Origin: a virus
Taxonomy: Duplodnaviria > Caudoviricetes
Strand: one strand, 5' to 3'
IMG/VR virus record: IMGVR_UViG_3300001866_000016
Location: 1 to 47,851 of that record
DNA length: 47,851 bases
Shown here: one piece after another, positions 6,499 to 16,554 of the stretch
How positions within the stretch are numbered: position 1 is the stretch's first letter
Layout of the letters: each line of letters starts with the position of its first letter
Notes under the pieces: model-generated
The model's database searches: none
What the model saw: the letters and a program-made list of their open reading frames with translations, nothing else
Told to the model about the DNA's origin: nothing
Position numbers and translations under genes: made by a program

Positions 6499-9400
6499 TT
6501 TTTGCCATAACTCTTCTAATCTTTTCAACTCTTCATTACTGAGTTCTCTAGCCATATCTCTTCTTTTTTCTGTATCTTCTTCTTGTATTATTCTATTTAA
6601 CTTTAAGTCTTCTTGTGCGGAATAGAATGTATTGAACATCTTTTCCGCTTCTTCAATATCAAGATTGCCATTCTGGACTTCGTGCGCCATAGCTTCTCTG
6701 AATTCTTCTATAGCATCAGAATCATAAAGTTCTATCTTTCTATTATTAATATAATCGTTTAAAATACCTGTATGATAATACTCAGATGGGCTGCCGATGA
6801 GTTGTCTCACAAAAGGTATATTTTCTACGGGAGGAAAGTCTTTATTTGTTAATGCACTTCCGAATTCATAAGTATTAGCAATAAATCTACCAGTACCACC
6901 AGCTATAAAATCTATAATATGATCAACAGTTTCTGGCGATATATCGATAAATCCAGCTTCTATATTATTACCGCCAGTAAGTTTATTCAGCCAATCAGTT
7001 ATGTCTTTGCTGGATTCTCTGACAGTGCTGAAATATCTTGAACTATCTTTCTTTTCTGGCGCGTATGATGATACTTCGGGCATGATAGAAGTACCAAACC
7101 AATTCTTATTCTCTTCTAATTGTACTAATGGATCTGATAATGTCGGAGATATACTTTGAAGAAGTGTAGAGCTTCCCAATGGGTTGAACGAATTATTTAT
7201 TGATAATAGTAAACGCTTCATGGCCTCTGATGATTCCGTATCTCCATGTACCATATCGTTAGAAACATCTCCTAAAATTTTAAATACGTTATATCCCCAT
7301 GGAAGTTTAATCTTTATATAATTTCCACTAGGCGTCATGAAAATTAAGTTTTGATCTTTTATGCCCTCAGGTATCGCCTCATAGGCTTCTGAATTTATAG
7401 CTTTATTAGCTTCGGCTAAACCATAAGAGAACGCCACTATTCCAGCCGCTATTTGTCTCCCTCGCCTTGTCTTTAATGCAGTCAAAATTCTTGCCGATCC
7501 TTGTATACCAGCATTAGCAAAGAGATAGGCGCTATTTAATGCTACCCCTATATTACCTTTTTTATTGAAATCCACTGTCAGATTCTTTGCTAGATATGCA
7601 GCACGCTCTGTAGATATTCCATTGTCAATAGCATTTTTAAACGCCGATAATCTGACTGCACTCTCAACTATTTCATTTGTACCTTCTGCAAATTTTGCTA
7701 TACTATTTATTACACTAGCAAATTTTTTAGGCACAGTATCTGCATTATAGAGATTTATTTTTTTGATAAGTTCTAACTCTTTTTCTTCTATAGACTTACT
7801 ATCTATCCATCCTACCTTCCCGCCAGCGTCTTGTAGGTCTTGATATAATTTAGACCAGTTTACATTTTTTTTTATGTTGTCTTTACTAACTGCTTCATCA
7901 CTTATACTATCCCATTGAGATTTTAATTTAGATGGTATCTCGCCCTTTAAAATAATAATAGATTCTTCTCCATTTTTTATCATTTGAGCAATCCTATTAT
8001 AGCCATCTAATACCTCTCCACCAGAAGTAACTATTGGATCCATCGCGAATGGCTCACCTACATATTCTCTAATTTCGGAATTTTTTAAATAATTATCTAA
8101 ATCGATATCTGATTTTCTCAAATCTTTTATAGAAACATCTTGTTGTGAATAAATTTCCTGTTTAATCTTATTTAATGTAAAATCACTTAAACCGCCCTGG
8201 TCACTTCCAAGCTGTTCCGCTTCCTTTGCTATTTGATCTCCATCAAAATATCCACGCCCCCTCACCCACTCATCAAAAGATTTACCAGAGGCTTTGGCTT
8301 GTTGGATTGAGGTAGTAGTTTCGTCCACTACTTCCTTTGATATACTATCTCCGTCTTTTCTCAAAAATTTATAAATTCCCTTCATTGCACTCGGCACATC
8401 CATAACAACATTTTTTGCCATTTTTATTCCTTGTTCAGCAGTAATATTAAGTGCCGCTGTTTGGATATCACGTTCAAAGTTTGTAATTATAAATTCAGGG
8501 TAGAGAACAGTATTTATGTTTCTAAGATAATTATTAGCTACTGTAAGAAATTTATAAGCCCTTTCTACACCAAGATTTTTCATGGCATCCGCTAATTGTT
8601 TATCCTTTATTGTAATAAGTTTTATTTTCCCATTATCTACTACTTGTAAGATATTATCAGAAAATTTAAATTTAGGGTCTAAATATTGTAATTCACCAGC
8701 CTCATTATATACAGGAGAATATCTAAGATTTTCTACTTCCCACAGATCTTTATTAGGATTTTCTTCTACAAGTTTTAGTAAAGTTTTCCCCACTTCATTC
8801 TTTTCAGACCTTACAATGGCATCTTCATAATCCAAGATTGCTTGTGTAAATGGATTATTTTTTGCCAATGACGATCTGCCCTTCGCTCTCTTTATATCTT
8901 TTCCAGATAAAGAAAAGCCCTGTCCCCTTAATCTTATATCACCTAATCCCTCTTTACCTTTCAGCGGTGTATAAAATTGATAACGCGACTTAACATTCCT
9001 ATAAGTCTCTTCTGATATAAGCCCAGAATCTTTTAATATCTCCAATCGCTTAGAAGTAATTTTTGAATAAAAATCTTGTGAAAGATCCTCTAATATTTTA
9101 GTTTTATTTTCTTTCTCAAATTCTTCTAATATTTTTTTAGCCTCTAAATCACTAAGACCACTACCATTTTTTTTATTGAAGTCTTCAAATATCTTTGCGT
9201 TACGTTCTGCCGCATGCTTGGCATAAAGATATGTACCCAATTCATCTATATCTATCTTTGAAGATTTTATCTTTTTTAATAATGGATCTAATGAATTTCT
9301 TGAGAAGGAATCTAATCTTGATTTCGCTTTTCCAATATATAAATTAGCCTTTAAATAGACATCTAATCCATCTAATATTTTTTTACCAGTCTGTTCTTCA

Positions 9401-10572
9401 ATCTGTTCTTGTATTATTTTTAATCTATTCAGTTTATTCTGTAATTGTCTTTGCAAATATCCGAATTTTGTTTCTTCAGATATCTCAAACCCAGGTTCTA
9501 ATTCATCAAAACTCTTTTTATTCGATAGTTTTATATTCTCTACTTCCTTAGCTAATTCTTCAGTTTTAGAAGGTATGGAAGTTTTTAATTCTGTACTAAT
9601 ATTAGCCAAATCATCCGTTGATGAAACGCTTCTTCTTATTATATAATCTTTGTACCCATCCATTATTTCTTCAAATCTTTTTTTTCTTTCAACAGCATTG
9701 GGTATTTTAGATAATTCAGCAACATGCAACTCGATCTGATCAGATAATTCGTTTATAATTTCTTTTTCTGTTTGACCAGTGGCCGCACCCAACATCTCTT
9801 TTTTTATTATACTTGATATCCTATTCTTTATGGTATCGTCTATACCAGGTATCATGTCCAAATATGTAGACAATCCGACGCCTAATATACCGAGCGTCTT
9901 AGCCTCTTGATTATTAGCGCCAAGAGAAGCCCAAATTTCATTCGTATCGTTATATCTTTCCCTGAAACTTTTTATTGTCTCCTCGCCAAAGAAAAATTTC
10001 TCAATACCAGTCTTAGGTGTCCACTCTGCCCTCTCACCTGTTCTCGACTCTATTGCTGAAAAAGCACCAGACGCTAATTGTCTACCCAAAAAACCAGGTA
10101 TTTTAGCGGCAAGACTTGCCGTACCAGTTATAATTTTTGGAAATAATTCCCAATTCCTCTTTAACCTTTCGGCGGGAGTCATCTCAATATCTTCTTGTAT
10201 TTTTTGAGAAATCCATCCTTTGGCTAATTCATAAAGTTCACCCTCCGCCTGTCTTAACCCAGATCTTAATTCTGGTGATAGAATAGCTGGCGCATAACCC
10301 AGAGCGTTTGTTGTTTTTGAAGTATATTTTTCTTGTGCTGGCGTCGTTGCGGAAAGTTTGGAGACCTTAGCGGATGCTTTTGATTCTTCTATACTTTTTT
10401 TCGCCACTGATTTTGCCTTCATTCTTATTTGTATATCTTCTGTATTCTCATCTATTATAGGTGAAGATGAGGTGGTACCAGATTTAGTAGATACACTAGA
10501 AGAATATGGGACAAAAGATGGTGAAGAAGAAATACTATTCTCTATAATTTTTTTTGCTAAATCTATACTCAT
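6472..10572 (-). CDS. large polyvalent (LPD38-type) internal virion/ejection protein with an inserted ParB-like domain
   Basis: C-terminal AKNLTVDFNKKG, YLFANAGIQG, YIKIKLPWGYN and NKNWFG motifs; last gene of the virion module. Confidence 0.8.
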   Translation of the reverse strand: MSIDLAKKIIENSISSSPSFVPYSSSVSTKSGTTSSSPIIDENTEDIQIRMKAKSVAKKSIEESKASAKVSKLSATTPAQEKYTSKTTNALGYAPAILSPELRSGLRQAEGELYELAKGWISQKIQEDIEMTPAERLKRNWELFPKIITGTASLAAKIPGFLGRQLASGAFSAIESRTGERAEWTPKTGIEKFFFGEETIKSFRERYNDTNEIWASLGANNQEAKTLGILGVGLSTYLDMIPGIDDTIKNRISSIIKKEMLGAATGQTEKEIINELSDQIELHVAELSKIPNAVERKKRFEEIMDGYKDYIIRRSVSSTDDLANISTELKTSIPSKTEELAKEVENIKLSNKKSFDELEPGFEISEETKFGYLQRQLQNKLNRLKIIQEQIEEQTGKKILDGLDVYLKANLYIGKAKSRLDSFSRNSLDPLLKKIKSSKIDIDELGTYLYAKHAAERNAKIFEDFNKKNGSGLSDLEAKKILEEFEKENKTKILEDLSQDFYSKITSKRLEILKDSGLISEETYRNVKSRYQFYTPLKGKEGLGDIRLRGQGFSLSGKDIKRAKGRSSLAKNNPFTQAILDYEDAIVRSEKNEVGKTLLKLVEENPNKDLWEVENLRYSPVYNEAGELQYLDPKFKFSDNILQVVDNGKIKLITIKDKQLADAMKNLGVERAYKFLTVANNYLRNINTVLYPEFIITNFERDIQTAALNITAEQGIKMAKNVVMDVPSAMKGIYKFLRKDGDSISKEVVDETTTSIQQAKASGKSFDEWVRGRGYFDGDQIAKEAEQLGSDQGGLSDFTLNKIKQEIYSQQDVSIKDLRKSDIDLDNYLKNSEIREYVGEPFAMDPIVTSGGEVLDGYNRIAQMIKNGEESIIILKGEIPSKLKSQWDSISDEAVSKDNIKKNVNWSKLYQDLQDAGGKVGWIDSKSIEEKELELIKKINLYNADTVPKKFASVINSIAKFAEGTNEIVESAVRLSAFKNAIDNGISTERAAYLAKNLTVDFNKKGNIGVALNSAYLFANAGIQGSARILTALKTRRGRQIAAGIVAFSYGLAEANKAINSEAYEAIPEGIKDQNLIFMTPSGNYIKIKLPWGYNVFKILGDVSNDMVHGDTESSEAMKRLLLSINNSFNPLGSSTLLQSISPTLSDPLVQLEENKNWFGTSIMPEVSSYAPEKKDSSRYFSTVRESSKDITDWLNKLTGGNNIEAGFIDISPETVDHIIDFIAGGTGRFIANTYEFGSALTNKDFPPVENIPFVRQLIGSPSEYYHTGILNDYINNRKIELYDSDAIEEFREAMAHEVQNGNLDIEEAEKMFNTFYSAQEDLKLNRIIQEEDTEKRRDMARELSNEELKRLEELWQKSFEDENKE

Positions 10573-10579
10573 ATTTTTT

Positions 10580-11818
10580 TTATTCTGTAATACCTAACCA
10601 ATCTTTAAATTCTTTTGACGCTTCGTCTCCAGAATATTCCTCTGCAAAATACGTCTTTACATTATCAACAGAAGACGGATTAAGGTTACGTGCTAACATA
10701 TTCCTTCTGTCCCCCGTAGTGAGTTGTTCAAAATAGTAATCATCAGAAATATTAGAAAAAGTTTCAGCTACATATTCATCATAAAGTGCTTGCATCTCAG
10801 GGTCCTCAATACTTTGTTTTGCCATACTTCCATATAATTCCTTAAATTCTTCATAGGACATAACCTCAACTCCAGAATCACCGCCCCCGCCTGAACTTTT
10901 TGTTTTATATTGTATAACTTGGCTGGTATATTCTCCAGTGATTGGATCAAATTTATACATTATGCTATTTCCATTTGCATCTTTTCCTAACTCCCATTGT
11001 AGTGCATCGCTATCCTCTATCATTGTCCGTAGCGCATCTTCCTCTAAACCCAATGAATTTGCTACAGTGGTTATAGACTCTGAATCAATAGCGCCTAACA
11101 TACCAAGACTTTTTAATGTTTTCAGTTTATCCAATGCAGCCGCCTCTTCGTCCTCTATCGCCTTTCTCTCAGCCTCCAACACATCCTTACGCGCATTAAT
11201 AATTGTATTGACGCCGATATATTGGGCTTCAAGCAATGTTTTATCGCCTGACCTTATAGCTGCCTGTTGTGTAGGATTAAGCCACCTTAGATCCTCTGGG
11301 GTTACAGTCTCGCCTAACATAGCTGAAGCTATCGCCCCCCTTTGTAATAGTAGTTGTGTATCAAAATTCTCGTCAGCATTTAATACTGTTTCTTTTTGTG
11401 TCTCTACAGATTGATTGACTGTCTCTCTAACCGCATCGGCAAAGCTAGTTATTGGCGCGGCCTCTGTAGTTGTAGTACCAGTTGCCTTATTAAAGCTCTC
11501 AAGCGTCCCAGATTTAGCCTGTGACAATTCTGATAATGTGGCAACGCGTGGCGTAACCTGTTGACCTGCAGCCCCAGCTATTGTCTTTATAGATTCCTGC
11601 GCTGTAGGAGATACCGCGTATAGGTCTGGTCTACCAGATACAGTAGGAGTACCCCCAGACGCGCCTTGAGTTTGCAGTGCGAGGGCTTCTTGCAGGGTTC
11701 TACCCTTACCATATATTGTGCCAGTATCTATACCTTTTATCTCAAAAGTATTTTTATCTACTACTGTCTTTTCACCGAATTTCCCAGTAGTTCTATTTTG
11801 TTGTGGTGTTGTCGCCAT
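10580..11818 (-). CDS. putative internal virion (ejection) protein
   Basis: Ala/Thr/Gln-rich helical protein; podovirus gene order. Confidence 0.6.
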   Translation of the reverse strand: MATTPQQNRTTGKFGEKTVVDKNTFEIKGIDTGTIYGKGRTLQEALALQTQGASGGTPTVSGRPDLYAVSPTAQESIKTIAGAAGQQVTPRVATLSELSQAKSGTLESFNKATGTTTTEAAPITSFADAVRETVNQSVETQKETVLNADENFDTQLLLQRGAIASAMLGETVTPEDLRWLNPTQQAAIRSGDKTLLEAQYIGVNTIINARKDVLEAERKAIEDEEAAALDKLKTLKSLGMLGAIDSESITTVANSLGLEEDALRTMIEDSDALQWELGKDANGNSIMYKFDPITGEYTSQVIQYKTKSSGGGGDSGVEVMSYEEFKELYGSMAKQSIEDPEMQALYDEYVAETFSNISDDYYFEQLTTGDRRNMLARNLNPSSVDNVKTYFAEEYSGDEASKEFKDWLGITE

Positions 11819-11819
11819 A

Positions 11820-13358
11820 TTAAATATTAGTATAAGCGGTTATTAATGCTTCATCAGATTCACTTGATGTTGATAATGTCATAGCTCTTCTTATTGCCTC
11901 CTCCGTTGCTAGTTCATCAGCTCTTGTTTCTTCTACTGTTGTCTGCTCTGCCTCAAGTGTTCCTTTAACATCAGGCGTTATAGATGTAACAGCTTGGCCA
12001 TTTAATGTAGGGATTGTTGCGCCTGTCAGTGCACTAGATCCATAATATTCCTCTGCCGTGCGCGTTAAGTCTCTGATATCCTGGTCGTATTGTGCCTGTG
12101 TTGAAGATGCTAACAACCTATATGCTTGTGGTATTTCGCCCTCTGGTATACTGGTGCCAAGTCTTTCTTCTGATGTGGCGCCTTCTGCGCCTAGTTGTCT
12201 AACGGCCTCGCCTGAAAATGTAAGCCCTGATGCTTCCAATGATGATTGAGCTCCACGTATTGCCTGCGCCCTTTGTAGTGCCTCGCTCTCTAATTCTAGC
12301 GCTCTTGATTGCGCCTCTACCTCCAATGCATTTGTGAAGTCCTCCAGTCCACGTGTTAATATCTGTGTATAATATGGTCCTACTTCTGCTTTTGCGGTCT
12401 CCAAAAAGCCCGCAATATCTTCATCTGTAATTCTATAACTACCCAAAAGGCTGTTTAGAAGGTCATAATTAGTGGATGCTAGCTCAGATACCTTTTGCAG
12501 ATACGCTATTTGATACTCTGTCATTGCGCTAAGATCTATATTATATGGCAAGCCAGTATCTGGGTTTATACCACTCTCATTTGTTGCAGTACCCGAGGTT
12601 ACAGTCACAGGTGAGCTTGGGAATGCCCCAGATTGTAGCTCTGTTTGTTTTGCTAGGGCATCTTGAAGTGTCATGCCAGTCTCATATGACTTTCCAGATT
12701 CACCAACGATATCAAAAGTTCCATCTCCGTTATCTACTATATTAAGGTATTCTCCAGTATGTCCTGGCGTTGTATGGCCTGGAATACCGCCAGTTGATCC
12801 TGAGCTGACCTCTGAGGCAGGTATGTACCCTGTGGCTGTTTTAACGGCCTCTGGGACTTCAATACCCAATGTTGTGGCAAAGTCCAGTAAGCCAGAGTTT
12901 TCGTCTAAGATTTGCTGGACTTGCGCATCAAGTTTCGCTTTCTCCTCATCGCTAATATCATCGGGATAGTCCTGAAGGTTAGCAATATTGCTTTTAAGAT
13001 TTGCGATTTGGTCAGAGTATTCCTCTTTTGCCTGCTCATAGTTTGATAGATAACGAGACGCTTTTGATGATTGTTGGCTTCCTGATAGCCAAGAGAATAT
13101 CGTATCTCCTGCTGTTACGTCCTCGCCACCCTGCTCATCTATAACAGTATCCAAAGAACCTGTTGTATTTGAACCCAGTCTATAAGGTACTTCCTGCGCC
13201 CAATTCAAAGGTGCTTCAGAACCTCCTAGAGTAACTAATTCTCTGTCAGCTATAATTTGGTTAGCCACAGCGAGCGCGTCTTCTATCGTGGTTATGTTCT
13301 CGCGAAGGTAGTCCTGCGAGAATCCACTTTCTATCCATTGTAAAGTTGAGAATGCCAT
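11820..13358 (-). CDS. putative internal virion (ejection) protein
   Basis: Acidic helical protein; SGLTFSG motif typical of such proteins; gene order. Confidence 0.6.
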   Translation of the reverse strand: MAFSTLQWIESGFSQDYLRENITTIEDALAVANQIIADRELVTLGGSEAPLNWAQEVPYRLGSNTTGSLDTVIDEQGGEDVTAGDTIFSWLSGSQQSSKASRYLSNYEQAKEEYSDQIANLKSNIANLQDYPDDISDEEKAKLDAQVQQILDENSGLLDFATTLGIEVPEAVKTATGYIPASEVSSGSTGGIPGHTTPGHTGEYLNIVDNGDGTFDIVGESGKSYETGMTLQDALAKQTELQSGAFPSSPVTVTSGTATNESGINPDTGLPYNIDLSAMTEYQIAYLQKVSELASTNYDLLNSLLGSYRITDEDIAGFLETAKAEVGPYYTQILTRGLEDFTNALEVEAQSRALELESEALQRAQAIRGAQSSLEASGLTFSGEAVRQLGAEGATSEERLGTSIPEGEIPQAYRLLASSTQAQYDQDIRDLTRTAEEYYGSSALTGATIPTLNGQAVTSITPDVKGTLEAEQTTVEETRADELATEEAIRRAMTLSTSSESDEALITAYTNI

Positions 13359-13365
13359 AAGATAA

Positions 13366-13767
13366 TTATATCACTTTTCTTGTTATGAGATGAACTTCAA
13401 GCACACCTTTTGTTGCAGTATTAAGATTGTTTTGACTTGTCATCTTTAATGTTATTGTCTGTTGGTCGGGAACAATCACAAATGAATCAAAGTCTGTGCC
13501 TTTTGTTTTTAATAGTCCTTGAGTTTTTACACTCGCCTCTGTTATAAACGCGTCGTCGTCATTTAATCGCCCTAACTGCGCTGTACACGTTCCTGCTGTG
13601 TCCCAATTTTCCAAGACCTGAATATAGGCACATATAAGCTCCTCCATTGGTGGACGCACAAAAACATCCATAGTCTTTGAGACTGCGTCTGCTGAAGTAT
13701 CTACCTTGTCAATCTTTACAATGACCTCTTTATACTTCATGTCTTTGGTTATTCCTGTGGTTCTCAT
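13366..13767 (-). CDS. putative tail-associated protein
   Basis: Beta-rich 133-aa ORF overlapping the tail fibre stop. Confidence 0.6.
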   Translation of the reverse strand: MRTTGITKDMKYKEVIVKIDKVDTSADAVSKTMDVFVRPPMEELICAYIQVLENWDTAGTCTAQLGRLNDDDAFITEASVKTQGLLKTKGTDFDSFVIVPDQQTITLKMTSQNNLNTATKGVLEVHLITRKVI

Positions 13768-16547
13768 AGAGGTATGTCAATCTTTAATTCTGTTGTTGAT
13801 ATCGCACGCGCACCTTTTGATAGCCCACCTTTTTCGTATGTGAGCATTTCTCCGTCAGGCCCCAAATAATAAACTGTGCCTAATGTTAGCCCAGTAAATC
13901 CATTTCCATAACTATCAAAGAATATGTCCCCTGTTGCCGACGCTGCAATATCCTCTGCACTTACCCCTATTGCATCATCATAAGTATTCGTTAAGCTCAT
14001 CATCTCAAAGCGACTCTTGTTCGTGCCTGTAATTTTATGTTCGTATATGATGTGTTTTGATGACACAAGTACCCCACCTGCCGATTCGTTTACTGCTGTG
14101 GCTGTTTCTATTGTTGTCTCTGTTCCTAATGTTGCAGGAGTTGTGCTTGTAACACGGATAAGCCAAGAGTGTGTTTCAGTTGCACTATGCCAAAATAGAA
14201 TTGCGTATGAGTTGTCTCCTATGCGTATTGTTGATGAACGCGAGTTTGCGTTGGCTGTGTCAATGCTAACCTCTGTACCCACAGTTGGTACTGTGCCACT
14301 GCGTGAGACTATAACTGTTTTTAAGTCTGTGTTATCCGCCCAAGACACAGCGCAACGTGTTGAGTCTAAGTTACAAATAGAAGGATAAAGCGAAGCGTCG
14401 CTGTCCACAGTAGCAACTGAACCTGCTGTGAGTGTTGTTCCGTCCCACCCAAACACAATCACTCGCTGTCCGCTTCCGTCCTCAAACAAAACACAGTAAT
14501 AATCTGTTGTTCCGAAACGTACAATGTCATGTATCTTTGTAGCTGTTGTTGTGTAAATAAGTGTCTCGTCCCCTGCTGTTATATTGTTACTTCCGTCAAT
14601 GTCTAACTTTCTAAATTGCACATCAGAGCCACTACCAACAAAAACACAAACGCCTTGAGTGTCTGTATATCTTTCGTTTACTGGATAAACTCCGGCGAAA
14701 GACGTTACAGCGTTTTGTGTTACAGTAGTATCAAGCCCAGAAACAACTTGTGTGTATGTATTTGGCGAGGTGAAGTTTGTTACAAGTGCTTTCGTCTCAC
14801 TTAATCTGTTTACTCTGTGCCAATCAACACCCATTGAGGTTATCGTGCCACTATGTGAGATAGCGGTTATTGCGTCATTATCAACGTCAAACGTGAGGCG
14901 TTGGTATTGTCCTGCGTCTCCGTTATCGTCTTGAATATGAAAAATAATATTGCGTGTAATAAACGCCATGTCGTTGTCATAACCTCTATCCAAAAATGTA
15001 CCAGTACTATCTTGTGTATCCTCTGATGAGTCAAAGTTGGATATGCGAGTTGGGTATATTTTACTATCGCTTTCAATAGATACAAATGTTTGTTTTGTAA
15101 TCGCAATTCCTGCCTCAAAACTTTTTGGATTCAACAGGTCGCCATAAATAGATAGTGAACTTGCCGAGTTATCCCATTGCGCATAACGACCAGTAGCGTC
15201 GTCTCCCAATATAACATCTGCCGCATTTGCGCCTGACAATATAATCTCAAAAATAGTAGCGGCAGATGAGTTTATGCCCTGAAAACTTGTTGATGTCATC
15301 ACGAACCTGTCCCCTGACGAGGCGGTTTGTATTGTTGCGCCAGTTACTGTACCTGCTGTTATAGTACCCAAGTCTGCTGTAATAGCTGAAAGTTGAGACA
15401 CCGAGAGCTTTCCTGCAATGATTGAGGACGCTGTTATGTTACCTCCGTCCAAGTAATAGTCTCCTGACCCTCCCATGAGAAGGTAGGATGCTTCAGTTGT
15501 CCCATTCTGTGCTGTGGCAATAAGAATCTTGCCTGACCCTGACGTAAAAGATGTGGCAACCTGAAACGCTGTTGTTGATACAGAAATGTCCAAGTAGATA
15601 TAAGTGAACGCCGCCATGTTGCCTGTATTGCTTCCTGTTATCGTGTAGGTAGCACCAGTCATCAAAGTCAATGTTCCACCAGCCCATGCGACTGTGTCTG
15701 AATCAGTTACAGAAAACGCCCCAGAGTATACCCAGTCTTGAATAGCAATCTCTGAGCCAGTAGCGAGAGATGTTAATGTAGCCCCATTTACTGCCAATGC
15801 GGTACCATTCCATGTAAGTCTATTCCCCGCACTATTTCCAATAGAAAATCTGGGCGTTCCTGAGTTATATTCAAGCCAATATCCAGTTCCTGTATCATAG
15901 GCCGTTTGCCCCGATGATAATGACCCGCTTGTGCCTATGGTGAACGCACCTGTGATTGATCCAGATGTCGCCGTAACTGCACCAGAGAATGTGCCTCCTG
16001 TTGCAAAAAATACTCCAGTGTCATCTATGTAAAACTTATTAGCGTGTATGGAGGAGTTCGTTCCGTCTGAGTATATGGTGATGTCCCCTGCGTTTGCTGT
16101 ATATCCACTATGGTCTTCTGTTCCTGTATATATAGACGTTGTGTTGATCGACCATCCACCAATAGCTCCAGATGTTGCTGTTATAGAACCAGTTATTGCT
16201 AATACAGATCCATCCCACGTTAATTTATTCCCAGCACTATTACCTATAAAGAATTTCCAAACATCGCTCCCGTCTTCATCTCCCAAGAAAAAACCAGTGC
16301 CATTATTATAACCAGTAGCACCACCTAATATATATGAGCCGACTCTTAATGTTCCAGCCGTCAACTTATCTACAGACAAACTTTCTATCTGACTATTTTC
16401 TAATACATCACTGCCTATTATCTGGCTAGATTCGGACATTGAAATTTCAGTACTTAAATCAACTCCATCTCTACGATGAGAAGAACTAAAACCATACTCT
16501 TCTAAAGAGTTATATATGGTTCCTCCAAGTTCTGTTATCATCGGCAT
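13764..16547 (-). CDS. tail fibre / receptor-binding protein
   Basis: G/T/S-rich; repeated IGNSAGNxLTWxG; SAITADLGTITAG; propeller-like C-terminus. Confidence 0.8.
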   Translation of the reverse strand: MPMITELGGTIYNSLEEYGFSSSHRRDGVDLSTEISMSESSQIIGSDVLENSQIESLSVDKLTAGTLRVGSYILGGATGYNNGTGFFLGDEDGSDVWKFFIGNSAGNKLTWDGSVLAITGSITATSGAIGGWSINTTSIYTGTEDHSGYTANAGDITIYSDGTNSSIHANKFYIDDTGVFFATGGTFSGAVTATSGSITGAFTIGTSGSLSSGQTAYDTGTGYWLEYNSGTPRFSIGNSAGNRLTWNGTALAVNGATLTSLATGSEIAIQDWVYSGAFSVTDSDTVAWAGGTLTLMTGATYTITGSNTGNMAAFTYIYLDISVSTTAFQVATSFTSGSGKILIATAQNGTTEASYLLMGGSGDYYLDGGNITASSIIAGKLSVSQLSAITADLGTITAGTVTGATIQTASSGDRFVMTSTSFQGINSSAATIFEIILSGANAADVILGDDATGRYAQWDNSASSLSIYGDLLNPKSFEAGIAITKQTFVSIESDSKIYPTRISNFDSSEDTQDSTGTFLDRGYDNDMAFITRNIIFHIQDDNGDAGQYQRLTFDVDNDAITAISHSGTITSMGVDWHRVNRLSETKALVTNFTSPNTYTQVVSGLDTTVTQNAVTSFAGVYPVNERYTDTQGVCVFVGSGSDVQFRKLDIDGSNNITAGDETLIYTTTATKIHDIVRFGTTDYYCVLFEDGSGQRVIVFGWDGTTLTAGSVATVDSDASLYPSICNLDSTRCAVSWADNTDLKTVIVSRSGTVPTVGTEVSIDTANANSRSSTIRIGDNSYAILFWHSATETHSWLIRVTSTTPATLGTETTIETATAVNESAGGVLVSSKHIIYEHKITGTNKSRFEMMSLTNTYDDAIGVSAEDIAASATGDIFFDSYGNGFTGLTLGTVYYLGPDGEMLTYEKGGLSKGARAISTTELKIDIPL

Positions 16548-16554
16548 AGATTAA

